The notes beneath the pieces were generated by a model. The model saw only the letters and a program-made list of their open reading frames with translations, searched no databases and was not told the origin of the DNA. From a virus: DNA of 40,630 nucleotides. Position numbers and translations under genes: made by a program. Positions 15,917-21,815 of this stretch are shown piece after piece (position 1 is the stretch's first letter; the number at the start of each line of letters is the position of its first letter). Where the stretch lies: the IMG/VR virus record IMGVR_UViG_3300045988_007834. One strand, 5' to 3'.

Positions 15917-16243
15917 ATGCTGGATGCGCTTGAAATCCGCAAGGAAATCGCGCGGCTGGAATATGAGGAATCCAGTTATCCGAACTATGCCAAGCTCGCA
16001 AATCTTTACACCATTCAAGACCGCATGGGGCACAAGGCGGAGCCGCCGGTTGAACGCCGATACTCCGCTGCGCCGCCCGCAGCCGAAACGATCAACGAGT
16101 ATGGGGACAGCATTTTTTTACGAAGTATTGCAGGAAAAGACCCGGCGCAAATCTGGCCGATCATTGATGAGCTTATGGAAACCCTGTCGCTTGTCAACCA
16201 CCGTGCATACGATTCAGTGCTTCGGAAGGTGCGGAACGTCTGA
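15917..16243 (+). CDS. Hypothetical protein
   Basis: 108-aa ORF tightly following the previous gene. It is the last gene before attP. Confidence 0.45.
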   Translation: MLDALEIRKEIARLEYEESSYPNYAKLANLYTIQDRMGHKAEPPVERRYSAAPPAAETINEYGDSIFLRSIAGKDPAQIWPIIDELMETLSLVNHRAYDSVLRKVRNV

Positions 16244-16248
16244 AATGT

Positions 16249-16265
16249 GTTACTTACCAAGTAAC
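16249..16265 (+). terminator. Terminator-like hairpin after the cargo operon
   Basis: GTTACTT-ACC-AAGTAAC, with a T-run about 12 nt downstream. Weak. Confidence 0.35.
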
Positions 16266-16357
16266 TTATAGACTGCAATTTTTTAGTTTTTGGCTGTCCG
16301 TAGATGTATTTTTCATATTTCGACATTTAGCGCCATTCCGAACAAATAAATAGAGAA

Positions 16358-16397
16358 AGTACCCGAAAGCAGCGCAAACACGCTATTTTCGGGTACT
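16358..16397 (-). terminator. Hairpin terminator downstream (minus strand) of the tRNA 3' fragment
   Basis: 11-bp stem AGTACCCGAAA / TTTCGGGTACT, immediately 3' of the CCA end on the minus strand. Confidence 0.6.
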
Positions 16398-16398
16398 T

Positions 16399-16460
16399 TG
16401 GCGCGGAAGGAGAGATTCGAACTCTCGCAGGCTTTTTACACCTCTACTCCCTTAGCAGGG
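16399..16460 (-). other. attP core: 3' portion of a tRNA-Ser(GCU) gene (anticodon loop to CCA)
   Basis: The minus strand reads CCCTGCTAAGGGAG-TAGAGGTGTAAAAAGCCTGC-GAGAG-TTCGAAT-CTCTC-CTTCCGC-G-CCA. The parts are the anticodon loop CTGCTAA, a long variable arm, a canonical T-arm, the acceptor 3' strand and discriminator G. The 5' anticodon-stem partner is absent. The integrase gene is adjacent. Confidence 0.7.
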
Positions 16461-16504
16461 TATTTGGAACCTTTGAAAATACTACACATTTTCGATTTTG
16501 TTAC

Positions 16505-17629
16505 TTACGGAGTTACTTTCGGGTCTGGCGCTGATTGAACATCAGAAGATGGAATTTGGTTGACCGCATCGACCATGCCTCGCATATTTGGATGAATATA
16601 CTTCTGCGTCGTGGTGATTTTGCTGTGCCGCATGACCTCTTTGATTGTAAATGGGTCAATGTTTTTCATCGCTAATGCGGTGGCAGTTGTGTGCCTGCAC
16701 GCGTATGGCGTGAGACGCCGGACACCAGCCAGCGCAAGGCATTCATAATATCGCGCATAGAAATTATCTTTGTTGATGCAGCAAACATTCCCGATACGGG
16801 AATTACTTTCCTCGCACAATTCCTTAAGGACGGGCGCGAGGAAATCTGGGAACACCATAGGTGTATCTTTCCGCTTCTGCGTTTTAATGCCGCCGCCGAT
16901 GATCTCATTTTTTTCGAAGTCGAGCATTTTCTTTTTGAGCTTTTGAACCTCTCCCGGCATCATGCCGGTGTAGATCATCGTGAGGATGAAACCGATAAAA
17001 TGATCTTGTGGGTACGATTTCCATAGTTTCAGGACTTCATCGTCCGTGAACGGCTCCGGCGTTTTCTCCTCGAGCTTCGGCAGTTTGATGTATTTTGAGA
17101 GATTCACGGTTGTCTGCTTCTCGGCAATGGCGAGATTGTAGCAATGGGACAGAACCGTTTTCATATCGCGGCGTGTATAGTATGTGCTGGCGTTGGTGTC
17201 CACCACGTCCTGCAATTGCTTAATCGTCAGGGTGTCTATCTCGCAATCGGCTATATCCTTCAACCGCTCAAACGCCTTGTCTGCGGCCGTCATTCGGTCG
17301 TTGGACAGCGATTTGTAGTCTCCGCGTAAATAGGTTTTATAATATTCGCGCACCGTCGGTGATTGCTTTTCCTTCCCCGGCGGATTTGCAGCGTATTGTA
17401 GGGCGGCTCGCTTTGTGGCGAATCCGCCCTTTGTCTTTACCTTCTGGTGCAGTTTTTCGTTTTCGTCAAGATAGCAGGCCACCGTCCATCGCGCAGTCCA
17501 TGTTTTCCCGCGCTGATAGGCGTACCCCTGACCATTTCCGCGCGATTTCCCACGGTGCTCCTGCATCTGTTTCTTTCCACACCACGGGCAATAGGACGCG
17601 CCCTCCGGTATCTCCTTTTTGCATCTCAT
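16505..17629 (-). CDS. int: Tyrosine integrase with an N-terminal zinc-ribbon
   Basis: YACRHTTAT and VMRHSKITTTQKYIH supply the catalytic R..HxxR..Y set. The N-terminus is MRCKKEIPEGASYCPWCG. Start is taken at Met41 of the long ORF, just after the upstream stop at 17641. Confidence 0.9.
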   Translation of the reverse strand: MRCKKEIPEGASYCPWCGKKQMQEHRGKSRGNGQGYAYQRGKTWTARWTVACYLDENEKLHQKVKTKGGFATKRAALQYAANPPGKEKQSPTVREYYKTYLRGDYKSLSNDRMTAADKAFERLKDIADCEIDTLTIKQLQDVVDTNASTYYTRRDMKTVLSHCYNLAIAEKQTTVNLSKYIKLPKLEEKTPEPFTDDEVLKLWKSYPQDHFIGFILTMIYTGMMPGEVQKLKKKMLDFEKNEIIGGGIKTQKRKDTPMVFPDFLAPVLKELCEESNSRIGNVCCINKDNFYARYYECLALAGVRRLTPYACRHTTATALAMKNIDPFTIKEVMRHSKITTTQKYIHPNMRGMVDAVNQIPSSDVQSAPDPKVTP

Positions 17630-17640
17630 ACAATCTATGA

Positions 17641-18039
17641 CTACCACCCCCGAAACCATCCGACTGTCGGGATAAGTAAATCCACGGCCAGCACGATTAT
17701 AATGAATACAATCAGCGACAGACAGATTATGAACATCCGCCGTATCCACCGATCTTTCTGTTCGATTGCAATTTTCAAATCCTCGATGCGTTCCAAGTAA
17801 ACGTGTTCCAGCGACGTCACGTCATTTGGTGAAATGTCGTACTGGATGGTTTCCTCCTCAATCCCCAATCCGTCACAAATGGCGATGATCGTTGACATTG
17901 ACGCATTTCTCCCTCTGGTCGCCAGCACCCTCGACACGGTAGCTTCGGAAATATCTGCAAGCCGCGCAACATCTCGATTTGTTAGATTTCTATCATCAAT
18001 CGTGCGTATACATCGGTCAATCAGCTTCTCAAAATCCAT
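17641..18039 (-). CDS. Membrane-anchored XRE-family HTH protein
   Basis: N-terminal HTH (LTNRDVARLADISEATVSRVL) and C-terminal TM (MFIICLSLIVFIIIVLAVDLLI). Confidence 0.7.
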   Translation of the reverse strand: MDFEKLIDRCIRTIDDRNLTNRDVARLADISEATVSRVLATRGRNASMSTIIAICDGLGIEEETIQYDISPNDVTSLEHVYLERIEDLKIAIEQKDRWIRRMFIICLSLIVFIIIVLAVDLLIPTVGWFRGW

Positions 18040-18187
18040 GTTTCCACTTCACTTTCAGTTATTTGCCCTAAAGTTTGCAGAGATATTTGTCGGATTTCGC
18101 AGCTTGCAGATATTTTGTTTGTACTTTTCCGTCCGTCGTGGTACGGTCGAATCACGGCAACCGCCGAATTACGAAGGAGGATGTGCT

Positions 18188-18361
18188 ATGCAGAGCATCA
18201 ATGTCAGAATTGAGGAAGGAAAGGTGAACATCGTCGTTGATGGTGGCCTGTTCCGAAATGTCGAAGCCTTTTCCATCGAGTATGTGAAAGGCGGGAAACT
18301 GTGGTTTAGTTGTCTATCAGAAACCGGCGACGGCTGCAAAAAGCAGACGATGTTTAGCTAA
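18188..18361 (+). CDS. Small hypothetical protein (57 aa)
   Basis: ATG follows the strong RBS GAAGGAGGA. The long upstream extension of this ORF is antisense to the HTH gene and was discarded. Confidence 0.4.
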   Translation: MQSINVRIEEGKVNIVVDGGLFRNVEAFSIEYVKGGKLWFSCLSETGDGCKKQTMFS

Positions 18362-18423
18362 TTCCAGTATGACAGCCTTTCGATAGTAAAGCAACCGAAA
18401 TGAATCGACCGTTTCTGCGTCTC

Positions 18424-18897
18424 TTATTCTCCGGAACCATCATTTTTGAGGGCACGGATTGCGTCGTAGACGCGCTTAGCTCCGGCAATGACAGCAGCGA
18501 CGTAAGCGACATAGAGAATCCGAAGGTTTGTCGCGCCGACGATCCACTGCACAACGACACCGGCAATGACAATAAGTAAAGCAAGCGAGATCACACCGTT
18601 ACGGATGATTTTGTGCTTTTCTTCTTCACTGAGGGTGCTTTCACTTTTTTCCCGGATTTCCCACGAATGTCCGCAGTTTTGGCAAAGGCAGATTTTCTTG
18701 GTGCGCATGACTGCCCGCTCGCTGCCGGTACGCTTGCGCCAGAACAGGTTCGACAGGCCAAGTGTGCAGACCGCGACGATCCCACGCGCGAGGTTGTTCA
18801 TGTGCCCGTCAAATCCGACACCATACTTTTCTGTTTCACTGCCGATCTGGTGCATGGTGATTGTTACATTTTCGCTGCCGCATTGAGGACAAATCAT
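18424..18897 (-). CDS. Double zinc-ribbon membrane protein (candidate superinfection-exclusion/Abi-type factor)
   Basis: ATG 18897 follows AGGAGGGAAC. It has CPQCGS...CQNCGH pairs, a central hydrophobic segment and C-terminal TM segments, and its own consensus-like promoter. Confidence 0.6.
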   Translation of the reverse strand: MICPQCGSENVTITMHQIGSETEKYGVGFDGHMNNLARGIVAVCTLGLSNLFWRKRTGSERAVMRTKKICLCQNCGHSWEIREKSESTLSEEEKHKIIRNGVISLALLIVIAGVVVQWIVGATNLRILYVAYVAAVIAGAKRVYDAIRALKNDGSGE

Positions 18898-18930
18898 TTT
18901 GTTCCCTCCTAAAATAATGTCTGTATGTCC

Positions 18931-18959
18931 AATATATAACAAATTCCGAGAAAATGCAA
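18931..18959 (-). promoter_or_regulatory. Sigma-70-type promoter for the zinc-ribbon membrane gene
   Basis: The minus strand reads TTGCAT, 17 nt, TATATT. Confidence 0.55.
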
Positions 18960-19011
18960 CTGCGAAGAGTACAATAATATACTTCCAAATATTTTAGAGT
19001 ACAAATACATC

Positions 19012-19040
19012 TTGAAATTATAGAACGAATGTTTTATAAT
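19012..19040 (+). promoter_or_regulatory. Sigma-70-type promoter (rightward)
   Basis: TTGAAA, 17 nt, TATAAT, upstream of small ORF 19098..19208. Confidence 0.55.
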
Positions 19041-19097
19041 TACGCCACTGCCTCACACGAATCAGCCGACACGAACGAAGGACGAAGGAGCAATGGA

Positions 19098-19208
19098 ATG
19101 AATGATAGAACATGGCTGGAACAGGAGATCGCGCGCTTAATGCGGTGCGCAACGGATGAGGAACTTGACCTCCTCTGGCGGTTTTTGAAAACGATGGTCA
19201 ACAAATAG
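19098..19208 (+). CDS. Small hypothetical protein (36 aa)
   Basis: Counted by hand: ATG preceded by AAGGAG, 37 codons to TAG, followed by a perfect hairpin. Confidence 0.3.
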   Translation: MNDRTWLEQEIARLMRCATDEELDLLWRFLKTMVNK

Positions 19209-19223
19209 CATACATAGAGAAAT

Positions 19224-19251
19224 GGGCACAGGGTTTATTTCCCCTGTGCCC
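19224..19251. terminator. Bidirectional hairpin terminator between convergent genes
   Basis: Perfect 10-bp stem GGGCACAGGG / CCCTGTGCCC with T-runs on both strands. It overlaps the repressor stop region. Confidence 0.6.
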
Positions 19252-19606
19252 ATTTTTCTGCGATTTCGGCAAGTATCTCCCATTCTTTAACGCCGAGCTG
19301 GCTAACGATTGATATAAAACGTTTCCTTGCTGCGTCATCCGGGTCGTTCATAACTTTCCCGAGGAACTCTGCGATTTCCTGATTTTGCGTCAACTCCTTC
19401 ATCATTTCACCCTCTCCGGTGCGAAGCCATGTTTCGTTGACATTAAACTCTTTACAGATAAGCCGTAAAAATGGCTCATTCGGTTCTGTTTTTGCACCTT
19501 CAAGGTTTGTGATTACACCCCGCGTTGTTCCAAGCCGTTCTGCAAAATCAGTCTGAGATAATCCGGTTTTTTTTCGGATGGCTTTTATGCGTTCATTGAT
19601 GGTCAT
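19235..19606 (-). CDS. CI-like repressor (XRE-family HTH, no peptidase domain)
   Basis: The N-terminal MTINERIKAIRKKTGLSQTDFAERLGTTRGVITNLE is a classic HTH_3. It is transcribed divergently from the early lytic operon. Confidence 0.75.
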   Translation of the reverse strand: MTINERIKAIRKKTGLSQTDFAERLGTTRGVITNLEGAKTEPNEPFLRLICKEFNVNETWLRTGEGEMMKELTQNQEIAEFLGKVMNDPDDAARKRFISIVSQLGVKEWEILAEIAEKWAQGK

Positions 19607-19624
19607 TTAGGACACCTCCTAAAA

Positions 19625-19735
19625 CTATTATACACAATATAAATGTATTGTCAATACAAAAATATTTATTCAAAAGCGCAAAAATGTATTGACAAAACAA
19701 AAATAAGGGTCTATAATGTAGTCACAATACATCAA
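19625..19735. promoter_or_regulatory. Genetic switch: divergent consensus promoters with three operator-like 15-mers
   Basis: Leftward promoter: TTGACA (19654..19649), 16 nt, TATAAT (19632..19627). Rightward promoter: TTGACA (19689..19694), 17 nt, TATAAT (19712..19717). Operators: the perfect palindrome TGTATTGTCAATACA at 19644..19658, a 13/15 copy at 19685..19699 and a 12/15 copy at 19717..19731. Confidence 0.7.
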
Positions 19736-19773
19736 GCGACATAAAAATGTCGTATGGAAGCGAGGTGAATCAA

Positions 19774-19914
19774 ATGCCCGAGGAATCCAAGCAGGCTCTA
19801 AAAACCGTCGGTGTTGACGTTGACAAGCTCGACGCCGAGCAGATTCAGAGATTGAGCGACATTGCGTATGGGATGCTTCTTGTAAAAGAAGCGCAGCCGA
19901 AGAAGGAGGAATAA
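19774..19914 (+). CDS. First early-operon ORF (46 aa, hypothetical; Cro position)
   Basis: ATG follows GAGGTG, downstream of the rightward promoter. Counted as 47 codons. Confidence 0.4.
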   Translation: MPEESKQALKTVGVDVDKLDAEQIQRLSDIAYGMLLVKEAQPKKEE

Positions 19915-19916
19915 GG

Positions 19917-20132
19917 ATGGAACGTATGACGCTGGAAGAACTAAAGCAATCGGACGCGCCGATCATTACGCCGGAGATGGCTTCGTGGTTTTTGGGGTGT
20001 AATCCCCACGAGCTGCGGCTTCGGGCGCGGCAGAACCCCGCCGGACTTGGATTCCCGGTGTGCTGCATCGGGAGCCGCGTAAAAATACCGAGAAAGCCGT
20101 TTCTGGCGTTTCTCGGGGAAAAGGAGGAATGA
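19917..20132 (+). CDS. HTH_17 / excisionase-family DNA-binding protein (Xis or Cro candidate)
   Basis: LKQSDAPIITPEMASWFLGCNPHELRLRARQ...GSRVKIPRKPFLAFL resembles excisionase-type winged HTH proteins. RBS is GAAGGAGGA. Confidence 0.5.
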   Translation: MERMTLEELKQSDAPIITPEMASWFLGCNPHELRLRARQNPAGLGFPVCCIGSRVKIPRKPFLAFLGEKEE

Positions 20133-20135
20133 AAG

Positions 20136-20279
20136 ATGATCTCAAAGAGAGAATGGTACGCCGCGCTGCGGCGGATGCTCAAGCGGCCGACGGCGTACTT
20201 TCCGCAAACACTGCGCCTGATGCGGGCGCTGAGCATCCCAGTCGAGGAAATGCGGGCGGCAATCAGCTACCCGTGGTAA
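20136..20279 (+). CDS. Small hypothetical protein (47 aa) sharing its first 13 aa with CDS 21296..21475
   Basis: ATG lies 8 nt after AGGAGG and reads MISKREWYAALRRMLKRP.... The alternative long frame (ORF 20060) is Ala/Gly-rich and looks off-frame. Confidence 0.45.
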   Translation: MISKREWYAALRRMLKRPTAYFPQTLRLMRALSIPVEEMRAAISYPW

Positions 20280-20302
20280 AGAATAAATGGAGGAACGAAG
20301 GA

Positions 20303-20887
20303 ATGAAAGTCAAAATTACATTTTTGGAGCCGGTGCTCGGGACGTGGCCGAGCAACGAGAACGTCGCCCGAGACTTCATCGCATCGAAGTCGCCGGACGC
20401 AAGCACGATTGAGGACGAGATTGCGGCGCTCGGTGTGGACGCGGTGGCCGATAAGGGAATGACCGTTTTCCCCCGCGTAGACGGCACCCCTGTCTTTTAC
20501 GACTACCAGATCAAGGGGTTTTTCAAGGACGCCTGCGGGATGCTGACGCGCGTGAAAACCACCAAGAGTAGCGCCCTCAAAGCGTACAAGAAGATCATCG
20601 ACGGCCTGATTTTCGTGGAACCCCGGCACATCCCTATTGCGGTCAACGGTGAAATCGGTGACTGCCAGCGCCCCCTTCGGGCGCAGACGGCACAGGGCGA
20701 ACGTGTCAGCCTTGCGAACTCCGAGGAAATCCCGGCAGGCAGCACGATCGAGTTTGAAATTCTCCTGTTTGACGAAAAGGCACACCGCGACGCCGTCCTC
20801 GAATGGCTTGACTATGGACGGATGCGCGGTATCGGCCAGTGGCGCAACTCCGGCAAGGGGCGGTTCCGGTATGACGTGATCGACTGA
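20303..20887 (+). CDS. Hypothetical early protein (194 aa) with a RAMP/Cas6-like C-terminal glycine-rich loop
   Basis: ATG follows GGAGGAACGAAGGA. It starts with a strand-like N-terminus MKVKITFLEPVLG and ends GIGQWRNSGKGRFRYDVID. Confidence 0.6.
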   Translation: MKVKITFLEPVLGTWPSNENVARDFIASKSPDASTIEDEIAALGVDAVADKGMTVFPRVDGTPVFYDYQIKGFFKDACGMLTRVKTTKSSALKAYKKIIDGLIFVEPRHIPIAVNGEIGDCQRPLRAQTAQGERVSLANSEEIPAGSTIEFEILLFDEKAHRDAVLEWLDYGRMRGIGQWRNSGKGRFRYDVID

Positions 20888-21295
20888 TAGCAAGGGCAGT
20901 GATGGCCATGAATAGCTTTGCGGCGGCGTGGTAGAGCTGTGTTCGGCAGATGGACAGCGATGGCATGGAAATGCTGTGAACCGCGATGCCACGGCATGGC
21001 ACAGCAACGGAGAGCGAAGCGTTGAATCGCAACGGCAAGGATATGAATCGTAGAGCAAGGGAATTGCATATCGGCGCGTTAGTTAGCGGAGAAACGCCAT
21101 GCTTGGCGACGGCAAAGGAGAGCAATGCCACGAATGGCAATGGAAACGATGAGCGCCGCACGGATTCGCTATGGCACAGTAAGGTGTTGAACCGCAGGGG
21201 CATAGGAACGCAACGAACCGCTTCACAATGCCAAGCAAAGGAATGGCTAAGCAGCGCTAAGCAATGCGAAGAATACACAAAAAGGAGGAAGGAAT
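20888..21295 (+). repeat. 408-bp non-coding tract rich in ATGG / TGGCA / TGCCA words and short inverted repeats
   Basis: No credible ORF. I counted 18 ATG triplets (9 as ATGG). It holds TGCCA-N5-TGGCA (20987..21001), TGCCA-N4-TGGCA (21126..21139), CGCCA-N4-TGGCG (21095..21108) and the palindrome ATGGCCAT (20902..20909). There is also a roughly 20-nt tandem pair, GAATCGCAACGGCAAGG and GAATCGTAGAGCAAGG. Confidence 0.6.
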
Positions 21296-21475
21296 ATGAT
21301 CTCAAAGAGAGAATGGTACGCCGCATTGCGGCGGACGATGAAGCGCGTGGCCCTGATTCTGGGGGGCGTGTTCATGATGGCGGCGTTCTTTTACTGGCTT
21401 GTGTGGGGCTTTCGCCTCGACGCGGCTGTGATGGCGACAATGTCTGTCGCGCTGGTGGGGTACGGGATGGCATGA
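21296..21475 (+). CDS. Small membrane protein (59 aa)
   Basis: ATG follows AGGAGGAAGGAAT. MISKREWYAALRRTMKRVALILGGVFMMAAFFYWLVWGF... has two hydrophobic segments. Confidence 0.5.
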   Translation: MISKREWYAALRRTMKRVALILGGVFMMAAFFYWLVWGFRLDAAVMATMSVALVGYGMA

Positions 21476-21588
21476 TGGGATGGATCTGTTGTCTCGGCTC
21501 CCGGCTCAAGGCGGCGTGGAAAGCGCTGGAGGAAGCCGCAGAGAGGCAGAGAAACTACTGGGGCGCGGAGGATGACAAATGTTTGTGA
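21472..21588 (+). CDS. Small hypothetical protein (38 aa)
   Basis: ATGA overlap with the upstream stop. Reads MMGWICCLGSRLKAAWKALEEAAERQ.... Confidence 0.3.
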   Translation: MMGWICCLGSRLKAAWKALEEAAERQRNYWGAEDDKCL

Positions 21589-21815
21589 AGCTATGCGAGG
21601 GATGCCCACGCGAAGAGATCTGCGAGGAGCGCATTTGTAAGTCCAGCTGGCAGCGGGAATGGCTGTGCAGCTGGGACAACATCCGCCGTTCAGGGGCAAA
21701 GAAAAAGGCTGCCCGCGTGGACAGACGCGAACAGCCAGAGGAAGACAAACCGATCAGCCATCGGGAATATGTCTTTAGTCACATTTTAACAGCTGGATGG
21801 AGGGATGTCAAGTGA
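21579..21815 (+). CDS. Cys-rich hypothetical protein
   Basis: RBS GGAGGA. Reads MFVKLCEGCPREEICEERIC.... Confidence 0.45.
   Translation: MFVKLCEGCPREEICEERICKSSWQREWLCSWDNIRRSGAKKKAARVDRREQPEEDKPISHREYVFSHILTAGWRDVK

Noticed and set aside
16399-16480. Complete tRNA gene on the minus strand
   Set aside because: Only the anticodon loop through CCA is tRNA-like. The sequence 5' of the loop (ATACC) cannot pair with GGGAG, and no D-arm or acceptor 5' strand exists. It is interpreted as the attP core instead.
17630-17749. Longer integrase start at 17749
   Set aside because: It would overlap the upstream gene, whose stop is at 17641, by more than 100 nt. The zinc-ribbon N-terminus MRCKKEI at 17629 is a natural start.
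17834-18187. Upstream part of the 175-aa plus-strand ORF
   Set aside because: It is antisense to the HTH-TM gene. Only the last 57 codons are preceded by a strong RBS.
20060-20887. 275-aa ORF as a single gene
   Set aside because: The N-terminal 80 aa are Ala/Gly/Asp-rich and look off-frame. A better small ORF with a strong RBS (20136..20279) occupies another frame, and an RBS-preceded ATG at 20303 starts the conserved-looking part.
20921-20995. tRNA-like segment (GCGGCGGCGTGGTAGAGC...)
   Set aside because: GGTAGAGC resembles a D-arm end, but there is no matching 5' D-stem, anticodon arm, T-arm (GTTCGAATC type) or acceptor pairing.
20888-21295. Possible CRISPR array or solitary CRISPR repeats next to the RAMP-loop protein
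   Set aside because: There is no regular repeat-spacer periodicity. The repeated words are short (5-15 nt), degenerate and irregularly spaced, and no 28-37-nt unit recurs.
20888-21295. Type III toxin-antitoxin (ToxIN-like) RNA repeats
   Set aside because: ToxI-type antitoxins are exact tandem repeats of about 36 nt upstream of the toxin gene. Here the tract is downstream and not tandem, apart from one loose pair of about 20 nt.
20986-21588. 200-aa ORF spanning the non-coding tract
   Set aside because: Its composition is not protein-like (runs of N, G, R and K). It overlaps two small, RBS-preceded ORFs (21296.., 21472..) and has no RBS.
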